A stretch of DNA of 64,000 nucleotides. Origin: Ylistrum balloti (Eukaryota). The notes under the pieces are model-generated. The model was not told the origin of the DNA. It saw only the letters and a program-made list of their open reading frames with translations, and ran no database searches. Shown one piece after another: positions 51,601-63,495 of the stretch. The DNA lies in NCBI RefSeq assembly GCF_031769215.1, contig NW_026782932.1, positions 186,001-250,000 of the forward strand. The letters run 5' to 3'. The position numbers were made by a program, and so were the translations under genes. Numbering within the stretch: position 1 is the stretch's first letter; each line of letters starts with the position of its first letter.

Positions 51601-54056
51601 GGACAATGATATTGTGTATTGAATCATGTAAGTAGTAGCACACTTTCTATTGGAGCTTATTTCACACATTTGGAAGTGACTGTTTAGGTCAAACTTTGGG
51701 AAGTATACGAATGGAAAAGGACAAAGAATAATACACAAATAATATCTGTTATTTAAATAACATTAAAGTAAATATCATTCAATTACCGACGAAGTTTATT
51801 TTTTGAGTGAAAATATTTGTATAAAACTGACATTGGAACTATGATTTTCAATTTGACTCGGAACACATTTTATATCCCTATACTGGAAATATTTCAATGT
51901 CAATCATTTTGAATGAAAGTCAGCATCAAACATATTTATTTTTCATTGATAGAAGTGGCAGAAAGCCTAATTACATATGATTAAAGGAGTGAGCCTTAGT
52001 TCATCGTTTCTAAAATCCATCGTGAATAGATAACAAACTTTTGTGCTTGTTTAAACAATTACAAATCTTTTTTTATTCATCAGATACAGATACTCAATAA
52101 TTGATGTGACATATCAATATATGTCTGTTGTATCATACATCAAAGAATATCCTTAAAACAATCCTGTTATATTGTTAAATGATAGTGTCCATATTCTGTT
52201 AGAATTATATTTCATTGAGTTCTCTTTAAACTCAACAAAGCTTATCATTCATGTCAATTGATGTACCTTTTTCTCCGAAGTTGCCGATTTTCTACTTTTT
52301 AGCGTTGATTTTTTCCCAAGGGGAAACGGTATGCATGTAATTATGAAGTGTTTTAAAAGCAATTTACATATTCGTTTTCTTGATTTTCAAATCATTATGT
52401 TTACTGTAGGACCTTCAACTTTGGTATTAAACTTCAGCTGTTGCACGATGGCTTTGTATGGTCAATGATAGCTAACTTTTTCATCGTATCACATTCCCTG
52501 TAACTGTCATTTGCTTCAGAAGCCTACAACCCGCCCGATTTCTGGATCGCTGGAAATGACATTTTAGTTGAGGGTAACTGGGAGTGGGCATCGGGGAAAG
52601 CAATAACCTATTCGAATTGGGATGACGGGCAGCCCGACAACGGAGGAGACCACGATCATAACGAGCATTGCATGGAGATGTCACAGGGAGATCACTGGAA
52701 GTGGAACGATCAGGAATGTGAAGAAGAGCGTTATTTCGTATGTGAGGTTCCGTAAGTATCTTGTAAGAAGTGGGGCATATTTCATGTAAAGGAATCCGGA
52801 CTAAAAGGAGGGACATATCTTATGTAAGGTATTCCGTTAAGTATATATAGCTTAAGAAGCAAGGGTAAATTTCATATAGATAGAGATTCCATACTAGGAG
52901 TGGGGACATGTTTTATATAAGAGATTCCGTACTAGAAGTGGGGATATGTTTCATATAAGAGATTCCGTACAAGAAGTGGGGACATGTTTCATATAAGAGA
53001 TTCCGTACTAGAAGTGACGACATGTTCCATGTAAGAGATTTCTGAGTAAAGCACCAGGAGTGGGGAATAATATAATATATTTGGCTTTATTAGCGGAGAC
53101 ATGTTTCAAATAAGAAATTTCTTACACCTGTAGTCTTGAGTATATATTCGCAATTTGGTTCAAAACCGATATATCAAATCTTATTTGCCTCATATTTATG
53201 CCGTTGAAGAGAAGGAATTGTATTACATAATTCTTTATCAAGTAGAATTCACAGGTTAAATATTAATAAAAAGAAATAAGACAGAGGTGAAAAACAACTG
53301 TCATCTTTAAATTACCAAAATTATGTCAGGAAAGCACATATGTGGAAAAGATATGAAATCCTTAGCGTCGAGTATGGGAAATTAAAGTTCAGTCAAAAAT
53401 GCGTTACATTCAGTATTGTCAACAGTTGTTTTAGTCCCGAATCTAATCATACAACATTCCTGTCAATTGTGAATTTAAATGGCATATCTTATTTAGAAAA
53501 AAATCTGCATCTGCAATTTCATATGAAAACATAAACATAATGACTTGATATGTAACTGAAGGGACACATACTGTGTCGGCTGTAAAGTTTGTTGTGATTA
53601 TTTTGATATCAAGTTATTCATCAGAAATAAGAAACCCAGTGTATACTGAACCAGTTAGTGTCTCAGAAATACCTGTTATATTGGTTTGGTTGTATATTGC
53701 TAATCTTTCTAGTAACAGATGTTCTTTAAGGATGGTCTCCATATAGGTGAAAAATGTTCGTGCTAACCTCAATAAAGTGTTATCACACTGAAGAATGATG
53801 TCGTTTACGATGACATGGTAATTAGTTCAACCATTGAATAATAGGAATAGGAATTGTATGTTTATAAAACTGATGAAATAATTTATTAATTAGTACTTCA
53901 TGTTTATCAGTATTTTGGTTTACTATCGAAATTATACGAAGGACACTTTTCGATGCAAATTCAAAATGACATACAGCATAGCAAAAAACCTATACATTTG
54001 TTTTGTCTGAATATAGGGTTACAGACACCATTGGTGGTTTCGCACCAATAGGCTAA
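48634..54056 (+). CDS. C-type lectin gene B2 (QPD/WND). Exons 48634-48688, 49822-49910, 50560-50650, 52520-52751, 54017-54056; ~168 aa
   Basis: Paralog of B1 with identical exon sizes and intact frame; NWDDGQPDN, WND; exon 5 VTDTIGGFAPIG stop. Confidence 0.9.
49995..50325. repeat. 41-bp minisatellite in B2 intron 2, ~8 units
   Basis: Same unit as 35225-35470. Confidence 0.92.
51205..51300 (+). mobile_element. tRNA-derived SINE head in B2 intron 3
   Basis: A-box TGGCACAGTGG at 51212 and B-box GTTCGATTCCC at 51256; no complete cloverleaf. Confidence 0.65.
52880..53045. repeat. 38-bp minisatellite in B2 intron 4, ~4 units
   Basis: Paralogous position to 37885-39600. Confidence 0.85.
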
Positions 54057-55504
54057 TCATCGAGATGTCACGTGCTTTCTTGCCTCGCGCTCACTGTGAT
54101 GTACCCAGAACTTGTTATATTAAATAATACATGGTATTTGAAATCAAATGTTGTTGTGTTGTAGTTGATGTTATAGTTGCACGAATTTAAAACGGAAGTA
54201 TGTTTTGACTTGGATTCCAAATTGTGGATAAAATCCGTTTTAGAATAAACGGTAATCCTCTTTTGGTTAACTTGTTTTTTATTTACTATGCGCCTGAATT
54301 GACCAAACTACAAAGCCAATGGAAAATCACTTTTAGATATATTGATGACGTTTCGTCTTTAAATATCGCATTAAGCCACCGGAATTAGGAATCAAGGACA
54401 CGGAGATCTCTACGTCAGCCGATTATATTTCTCTACAACGAAACCAACAATATTTTCCCACCATTCTCTTTGTTAAACGCGATAATTTCAATTTTGCTAT
54501 TGTGAATTTTACATTTCTGGATAGCAACATTAATGCATTATCAATGTGTGATATTCACAAGTCACAGTTGATTCGATATTCTAGGGATTGCATCTTGATT
54601 TTCATGCAATATGTCGGCAACTGACAGATGAATTCTCAATGCCAGGTTTCTAGAGATACATGTTGATGAAAACTATAGGTAAGTTTTAATGATCTTATCA
54701 AGAAATATTCTATTTCTTGAACTTTACCAGGTGTATGAATTTAAACGTTCTTTCCCACAATACATTTTATCCGGAATGTGAATAGATTTTAAACCAGTTC
54801 GTAAAGGTTATCTGTCTGCATTGTGCTAACAATCAACAGGGACGTTCAGTTGCTACACGAGAAAACTAGCCCCTGTGCGCTGTCAGATATACATTCGAGT
54901 CCTGTCGTTTGAATCTTTTTTTATCTTACTGACTTTCTAATGGTGCATCCGATCTAAACAAGCTCACTTATAAGTGGTCTAATAGTTATGTACTAATGAC
55001 AAATGGTGGCATTTATGGTATGTACCGTTATCGTGTCAGATATCGTATAATTGGGCTGGTATATCTGAATAGTCACTCAATAGAACAAAAATATTCCTGT
55101 CTGAATTTACACAACAAAAATGCTCCAACCGTTTCATCATGTACATGTAATACAAAAAACTGATATAAAGCATAGTTGATGGCCAACGTTTGTTGAATGA
55201 TATACATGTGGTATAAAGTTCCACCGAGTCTGACCTTACAGTCATGAAGTATTGATGATCCGTGGTGATAATGATTAACATAGAACCTAATGAGGTATAC
55301 TTGTACATTGTACTTATTATTCAGCAAACAATGCATTAGATGACATATTACAGTTCATGATAGGTAAAATTCGCTGCATTTTTGCATAAAATTCTCGAAT
55401 CACGATTCGTAATATTTTTATTTACAGATTATAAATATAATGAGAAATCTTAATGATAATTGGAAAACAAGCTTGAAGCTTATATCAAGTCCTCTCAAGT
55501 TATA

Positions 55505-57105
55505 ACTGTACGGTTATAGTGTGCCGAACACAAGGTTAAACTGTGCAGCTACAGTGTGCCGAACACAAGGTAAAACTGTGCAGCTACAGTGTGCCGAACA
55601 CAAGGTAAAACTGTACTGTTATAGTGTGCCGAACACAAGGTGAAACTGTGCAGCTACAGTGTGTCGAACACAAGTTAAAACTGTACGGTTACAGTGTGCC
55701 GAATACAAGTTAAAACTGTACAGTTATAGTGTGTCGAACACAAGTTAAAACTGTACGGTTACAGTGTGCCGAATACAGGGTAAAACTGTAGGGTTATAGT
55801 GTGCCGAACACAAGGTAAAACTGTACTGTTACAGTGTGTCGAACACAAGGTAAAACTGTACTGTTATAGTGTGTCGAACACAAGGTAAAACTGTACTGTT
55901 ACAGTGTGCCGAACACAAGGTAAAACTCTACTGTTACAGTGTGCCGAATACAAGTTAAAACTGTACAGTTATAGTGTGTCGAACACAAGTTAAAACTGTA
56001 CGGTTACAGTGTGCCGAATACAGGGTAAAACTGTACGGTTATAGTGTGCCGAACACAAGGTAAAACTGTACTGGTACAGTGTGTCGAACACAAGGTAAAA
56101 CTGTACTGTTATAGTGTGTCGAACACAAGGTAAAACTGTACTGTTACAGCGTGCCGAACACAAGGTAAAACTGTACTGTTACAGTGTGTCGAACACAAGG
56201 TAAAACTGTGCAGCTACAGTGTGCCGAACACAAGATAAAACTGTTCGGTTACAGTGTGTCGAACACAAGGTAAAACTGTACAGTTACAGTGTGTCGAATA
56301 CAAGGTAAAACTGTACTGTTATAGTGTGCCGAACACAAGGTAAAACTGTACGGTTACAGAGTGCCGAATGGAAGTTAAAACTGTACCGTAACAGGAATGC
56401 CTAATACAGGGTAAAACTGTACGGTTACAGTATGCCGAACACAAGGTAAAACTGTACGGTTACAGTGTGTCGAATACAAGTTAAAACTGTACGGTTACAG
56501 TGTGTCGAATAGAATTTAAAACTGTACCGTAACAGTGTGCAGAATACAAGGTAAAACTGTACGGTTACAGTGTGCTGAATAGAATTTAAAACTGTACCGT
56601 AACAGGAATGCCTAATACAGGGTAAAACTGTACGGTTACAGTATGCCGAACACAAGGTAAAACTGTACGGTTACAGTGTTCCGAATACAGGGTAAACCTG
56701 TACGGTTACAGTGTGCCGAACACAAGATAAAACTAGACGGTTACAATGTGTCAAATACAAGGTAAAACTGTACGGTTACAATGTGCCGAATACAAGTTAA
56801 AACTGTTCGATGACATTGAGCCGAAAACAAGGTAAAACTGTACGGTTACTGAGTGCCGAATGCAAGTTAAAACTGTACGGTTACAGTATGCCGAATCCAA
56901 GTTAAAACTGTACGGTAACAGTGTGCCCAATACAGGGTAAACCTGTACGGTTACAGTGTGCCGAACACAAGATAAAACTGGACGGTTACAATGTGTCAAA
57001 TACAAGGTAAAACTGTACGGTTACAGTGTTCCGAAGACAATGTAAATTTGTACGGTTACAGAGTGCCGAATGCAAGTTAAAACTGAACGGTTACAGTGTG
57101 CCGAT
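55505..57105. repeat. 35-bp minisatellite, ~46 units
   Basis: Same unit as 42235-42600. Confidence 0.95.
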
Positions 57106-57414
57106 TTTTTTTAGGCTATGAAAGCACATAATTCTATTACAACGCGGAAAGCTTTCCGAGATATCGACACAACATGATATATTGGTCGTGAATATTGATA
57201 CTGTTGGCATTTCTTCGTTTATAAACACAATAGGGATATGGATAATCCTACCTGTCATTTTATAATAAATGTACCAAAAATAGTTCTACATTGTAAGTCT
57301 GAAAGCATGGTGTCCTCTCGTGTAAAACGTGACGATATAATAAAGAGGTTTTAATGTATAGTACATAAATGAATGGCATGGTAATATGTACTGCAACAAA
57401 AGAAATTTGTATCA

Positions 57415-59380
57415 AACTATTATTGTCCGGTAAAATATACTGTTAAAACCGAGGAAATCTGTATCAAATCATTATTGTTCTATATAAATGTACTGTTAAA
57501 ACCGAGGAAATCTGTATCAAACCAGTGTTGTTCGGTATAAATGTTCTGTTAGAACCGAGGAAATCTGTATCAAATCATTGTTCTATATAAATGTACTGTT
57601 AAAACCGAGGAAATCTGTATCAAATCATTATTGTTCTATATAAATGTACTGTTAAAACCGAGGAAATCTGTATCAAATCATTACTGTTCTATATAAATGT
57701 ACTGTTAGGTCCGAGGAAATCTGTATCTAATCATGACTGATCTATATAAATGTTCTGTTAAAACCGAGGAAATCTTGTATCAAATCATTCTTTTTCTTCA
57801 AGCGTCTGGTCTGGTCTTGCAGACATCGACGATCATGGCTCTCCATTCTTCCCTGTTCTCGGTCTTTCTCATAAGTTCATTGTTAGTGTCCTCTTTATTC
57901 GTCGTAAATTTGTTTAAGCTGTCTGTGAATTTTGTGCGTTGCCTTCCTCTGCTCTTGTTTCCACATATTTTGCCACTCCATAACAGTTTCTCTTTTCCCT
58001 CAGCCCTGATTATATGGCCGAAAATTTTGAGCTGTCTTTCTCTGATGTTGTTGAGAAGGGATCTCTTGTGTTCAGCCGTTTCCATTCCTTCTGCATTTGT
58101 TTTTCTTTTTGTCCATGAGATTTTCATGATTCTCACGATGAACCACATCTCCACTGCTTCTAGTCGCTGTTCTGTGTCCTTGGTTAGGGTCCAGCATTCA
58201 CATCCGTATAAAGGAATGGGCTATACGTATGCTATCATAAAATGGATCTTTGTCTTGCGGATTATGTTACTGATGATAAAAATGCATTTTATGTTGTTAA
58301 AAGTTAGATTGACCTATTCTCTTCTTGATTTCTGTGTCACACTTGCCATCCGGGGTGATTGTACAACCAAGGTATTTAAAGGCGTTTACTTGTCTGATTC
58401 TCTCTCCTTTACAGGTTATGTGAGGTAACTCATTAGGCTGAGTGTACGATGCTTTTTACATTCAGCTGTATTCGGTTTCTTAGGGATTGCAATGTAGATG
58501 TACTTCTTCATATCTGTCGGAATCTCTCCTGTGTCATATATATTGTTCAGTAGTTGTGTGACTGCCTTAATTCCCACTTCATCTAAGGCTGTTATCAGTT
58601 CAGATGGGATATCATCAGGTTCTGGCGCCTCTACACTTTTCATCTTGCTGAGTGCATGTCTCACTTCGTCTTCCATGATTATGTGGCCATCTTCGTTGCT
58701 AATATGAGGAGGTGGACCTCTGTCGTCATGGTATAAGTCTTCGATATATTCTGACCACCTGTTTAGAATATCTTCTTTTTCCATGAGTATTTCCCCATCT
58801 CTCGACTTTATGCAACCTGTTTTTGTAGATGATTTCTTCCTTGCCACATCTTTTATCTTTTCATGCATAAATTTGTTATCAAAATTTGCATTCGTTTGCA
58901 TTTCCTTGCACTGCATATTTATCCATTCTTCCTTGGCTTCATTACATTTTTTCTTATCCAGTTTGTCGAGTTCTTTATACTTATTTCCATCTGCTTTTGC
59001 CTTTCTCCTGTTTTCCATTAGCTTTAAAATCTCAGAGCTCATCCACTTCTTATGTTCCTTTCTATTTATGACTGGTGTATGTTTTTTTGCTGCCACGCTG
59101 ATGCTATCTTTCATCACCTGCCAATTTTCCTCTGTAGTGGTGAGTTGGTCTAGGCCATCAAATTTGTTTCCTACTTTGATCTTGTATTTTTCTTTGATTT
59201 CTTCGTTAGTTTGTAGCATGTTTATTTGCAGTTTTGGTGTTCTTTTTGCTTTTGACAACTTTTTCAATTTTGGTCGCATTGTCCCGACAACTGGGACATG
59301 GTCACTTCCACAGTCTGCACCTGGCATGGACTTACAAGATCAAATCATTACTGTTCGGTATAAATGTACTGTTAAAACTA
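57415..59380. repeat. 53-bp minisatellite (~7 units, 57415-57789) interrupted by an RTE LINE and resuming at 59339-59380
   Basis: Unit gaggaaatctgtatcaaatcattattgttctatataaatgtactgttaaaacc. Confidence 0.9.
57790..59338 (-). mobile_element. RTE-clade LINE, 5'-truncated with RT core deleted, 11-bp TSD
   Basis: ORF 58416-59327 has PGADCGSDH (endonuclease end) and IPKK...CKKHRTLSLMS (RT start). It jumps to FKYLGCTITPDGKC and the C-terminal MWF..RIMKISW...GHIIR...RGRQR. AAG-rich tail; TSD ATCAAATCATT at 57779-57789 and 59339-59349. Confidence 0.9.
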
Positions 59381-61565
59381 AGCTACAGCAAGTTCATAAC
59401 TTATATACCACATTCTAAGTTATAGGCGTGTTTTTTTCAGATTTATGAGGAAATGTTTAGATCTCTGTATTTTAGGCGAACAAATATAAAAACTTTGAAA
59501 CGACTTTATAATCTCTCAAACAAAAACAAATTTTCAATACTTGAAACATATCACGAAGAAGTATATTTTGGCAGGTTAAAGTAATATTGTGAAGGGTAAA
59601 ATCAAATGGAGTTAGATATTCTCTTTATCAATTTACCTGTTTATATCTTTTTGTTCCATTTCACCATTTTAATTCGTGACGTAACATTATTATCCATAAG
59701 ACATCACAATCGATTTCTGACTGGCACAGCCAAAAAAAGCACTCCAGGTTATATCACAAGTATGACATACTCGCTTTATATTAAATGGGCAAATTCACTG
59801 GATAAGGGGACTGTGTGATAAACAAAGGATATAAGTGTTCATGTAATTTGGAATAACCTACAAATGTTCAATAATTTGATAGGGTATGAACCTTTACGCA
59901 AGTTGTATATGAAATTATTAAACAGTTTGGATTAGTTCCATATACATCGGCACGAGTGCTATATTCTATTCATCATTCAACACGATTCCATTTTCAGATA
60001 AGTAAAAACTTTCCACAAGGCAGATTTGGATTCGAACGGTACTTTTCACTACAGAAAAGTATATGATGTCATCCAGACGTGATCTACTATTGACGTCACA
60101 ATACTATCTCTACTACAGTTGTCGTTCTTTAACAGTCACAATACACTTCGGTCTCTCCCAGAGTGCATTGCGGCACCTCTGTATACGGCTCACACCATTT
60201 CAAGATCCCTGAAAAGCAAATTTGCATCAAATAATAAAGTATTTCATAATTTGTCCTGCTTTGTTATTGGTATTATTACAGAGGTGCTTTATGACTGATA
60301 GGGAACGACAACTCTGGTAGAGATTGAATATACCTCTGTAAACGGCTCACGGACTACCAATAGTTGACTTTGCGGTCAGGGAGAAAGTTTAAAGTCGTGC
60401 AAACCTATGGCAGCATCCCTGACAACACCAACGAAGGTCACAGCCGTAAAATGTATGCTAGCGACCAGCATAAAAAACATCATTTGTGCCTTTTAAGAGG
60501 TTATGTGCAATGTTGTAGTCAAATTACCATCAGTTATCACTGACATCACATCATATCAACATGTATCAGTGGAAGTACAAATGTAAACGCCACGGAATGT
60601 GACTGTTTACTCAAAGTTAATCTTCCGCGAAATAATCCATCACGTTTGTAACATATAAACTAACGCAGTAATTTTCCAGATAAACAAAAGTCTAGTTTTA
60701 AATAATGATACAATCAACAAAACAGAAAAATGATGAAATTCTTTATTTGACACAAAAAGACTTTTCAGTAATCATGAAATGGCGCGAGTCGTTTACAGGG
60801 GTGTTATTGGGGTACCGCAATGCATTCTAGGAGAGAATGGTCACCACTGGATAGTGTTTTTACACATTTGAATTATGTTATATGACCAGGTAGGTAAAAG
60901 AAAACGTTTTAGTCCTGTAAAGCGTTTATAACGATTAAATCACAGAACTTGATATAAGCAAACAAAATTATAATAAACATGTCATACGAAAGTAGACAAA
61001 TCAGGACATGAAGCTTATAGATATTCAACGGAAAATTAGAAATGAAATTATGAAATTTTATAAAAATCTTGCATATGCTAAAATTTTAAAAAGACCTTTT
61101 CAAACAAATTGCACCGAAAATACTTTTTGTAAAGTGTACAACTATTAAATCACATTTGTAACACATTCTCTATTTTTTGTCAAAATAAATAATGTCCAAG
61201 TCATAACTGCATTCATCATTGACGTACAGGTAAAATGGCAAAGTGTCCGACAACAAGCATTTGAGGGGGTGTGGCATTTCGTTTGAATTACAAATGACAC
61301 CAAAAGCATAACATAGGTCCATACATGTTCTTCCAAATATAACATAAATTCCTAGATTGAAAACATTTTTTTGAAATTATGGAACGAAACAAAACCAGTT
61401 TGAAATACGGTATGCGTTTGTCGGAGCCCTGCAATCATACTTATCTGACTTTCATGACAATAGGAACCAGCTGATAAGAAAATGTGATATTACAGAGACA
61501 AGGTAGCATTCTTTATCGGTGAAGGGGTTGGTTTAATCTTCACAACTAATTCTATTGGAAACGAA

Positions 61566-63495
61566 ATGGCATTGATCACTGCTTTGTCCTTACTTCTGTC
61601 AGTGACATCCCTCTGTGAGTATAATTGTTCGTGGCAATATGATGTCACTACCTTTATATTCCGATGTATCTTAACGCAGCAAGATTTTAGTGTTATGTTT
61701 GTAATATGTCAAGAAATAATTAATAATAATACACATATAATACAATACAAAATTAACATCTTCAAAGTAAAAATTTCAACTCCTCCGTTCATTTGTAATA
61801 TTTTATCCTATGGTTTTGGAGAATCTAGATCTTAGTTCCGTTGTTAAAATCAAAATTGAATTCGGATCGTGTCCAGTTTTAGAAAGATCAGATTAACTCA
61901 AAGTGATTCTTTAACAACAGTTTTGCTTTTAAAATCTTATTCTCATTTGATGATGTGGTATCATTTCGATGGACCTTTGGATATGCAGGTCTACAATTCT
62001 AATAATTTTAGGTTCATATTAAAAGTAGGTCACTCTGACCTACATTTTGACCACTGGCCTACGTCAAAGTACATGACCAATCTTCCTCACCACTAATCTT
62101 GGTAACCTCATTCTTGGGATAAGGGTTTATCTTGATGCGAAGTTGGTGATTCTGGCTTATATATGACCTTTGACCTACATCAAAAGAAAAAAGTTTGTTC
62201 AGGTCCTTTCCCCTTCATTAGTAGGAATATGGGCTCACCTTGGTTAGACGGCGTGTGGCGTATAAAAAAATTGGTCACTTTGACCCACACTATGACTTCA
62301 TATCTGGTGTATGGTAAGGCGGTAGTTACAGAACATCTCTATTGTTTTTCATTTTGTTACTGATTATATTCACTGTAGGTGTGGCGGAGTGTCCGGATGG
62401 TTTTGTGAAACATGGTGGATCCTGCTACAAAATAGTGCGAATAAAGGCTACTTGGCCTGAAAGTGATGTAAGTATAAACGATAGTGTGTTTAATCAGATG
62501 ATGACTGCATTTTTTTTTTAATTAAGTAGATGCAAGCGTACACCGAAAGTACAAGTGTATATTATATATGTGTAGTGTGTCATTATGTAAGTTAGATTTT
62601 ACAATGGTATGATAATACGCAAATAATGGATAGCTATAAGACTTGCATACTATCCCCAGGAACTGAACACAAAGAGACGGAATAAGTGAAGATCCAACAT
62701 ATAAACAATTCCATTAAAAATCACAAAACCTCAAGTCCAAAAGTTTAGGAAGTGTATGGAAATCCAGCTTTTCGACATTCTTCATCATCATTATTTTTGA
62801 TGAGTGCTGAAAAAAAATTGATACTGTAAATTTCGATAGAGAGATCGTTTTGGTTTATGTAAGTGATACAGGCCCTTTATTCCTAGATTTACTGTCGTGC
62901 TGTTGGTGCAGACCTTGCAACCATTGAAACTGAAGATGAACAACATTTCATTGAGGGCCACCTAGCGACAAATGCCGGTAAGATGGGAATGGTTTAGAGA
63001 GACTGAAACGTTTTTCAAATGCTGTTTTTATCATTTATTTATATCAAAGCGACACCTGGTAAAACGATTGTTTTATCGTATACATTTATATCTCGTGTAT
63101 CACCTTATGAACAATAAGTGTTGGATTTCACTGAAATATACACATAAAGTGGTTAATTAATAACTTTAGATACGGAAATCCTTATCTGTTGATTAACAGT
63201 CCAGTTAACTTTGTGTGCGTGTGATGTCATGGCGTAGATCACTATGTTTCTTTCAGATGCGTATGATCCTCCCAGATTTTGGTTCGGCGGAAACGATTTT
63301 GCTGAGGAAGGCACGTGGGTGTGGCTTAAATCCAAGACACCGATAAGTGCCCAGAGTTACACGAACTGGAGAGACGGGGGGGTGCTGCCTATCGACTCGG
63401 ACGAGAATTGTCTGGATTTATCCCGGACACACCACTGGAGGTGGAACGATCATGAGTGTGATGATCATTTCTTCTTCGTCTGCGAAAAAGAGTAA
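61566..63495 (+). CDS. C-type lectin gene C (non-canonical motif, WND). Exons 61566-61614, 62379-62467, 62887-62977, 63257-63491 (stop 63493-63495 if unspliced)
   Basis: Signal peptide MALITALSLLLSVTSLC; CPDGF..GGSCY, TWPE, YC, FWFGGND, EGTWVW, ENC, WND, FVCE. Exons 2 and 3 match B in size (89, 91 nt). A fifth exon was not confidently located. Confidence 0.88.

Larger units (their letters stand above)
27742..57105. repeat. Tandem segmental duplication: unit 1 ~27742-42598, unit 2 ~42599-57105
   Basis: Collinear high-identity blocks, for example 27742/42599, 33030/48634, 37551/52520, 40555/54017, 41773/55036, separated by unit-specific indels and array-size differences. Confidence 0.92.

Noticed and set aside
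35169-57005. Repetitive ORFs at 35169-35606, 42193-42450, 49818-50340 and 56425-57005
   Set aside because: Translations of minisatellites whose unit lengths are not multiples of three.
35225-57105. Minisatellite unit lengths in the duplicated block are 35, 38, 41 and 44 bp, an even series with step 3
   Set aside because: The units share no evident sequence similarity, and other arrays in the window (27, 40, 53, 54 bp) break the series. Treated as coincidence.
37885-57105. Arrays of 35-44 bp repeats as possible CRISPR arrays
   Set aside because: Units are head-to-tail with no unique spacers, there are no cas genes, and the context is eukaryotic and intronic.
57772-59340. Inverted 8-mer (atcttgta / tacaagat) at the two ends of the RTE insertion
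   Set aside because: The 5' copy reads in frame as native element sequence just before PGADC, so twin priming or inversion is not needed.
57733-59418. Plus-strand ORFs 57733-58428 and 58783-59418
   Set aside because: Antisense shadows of the RTE coding sequence.
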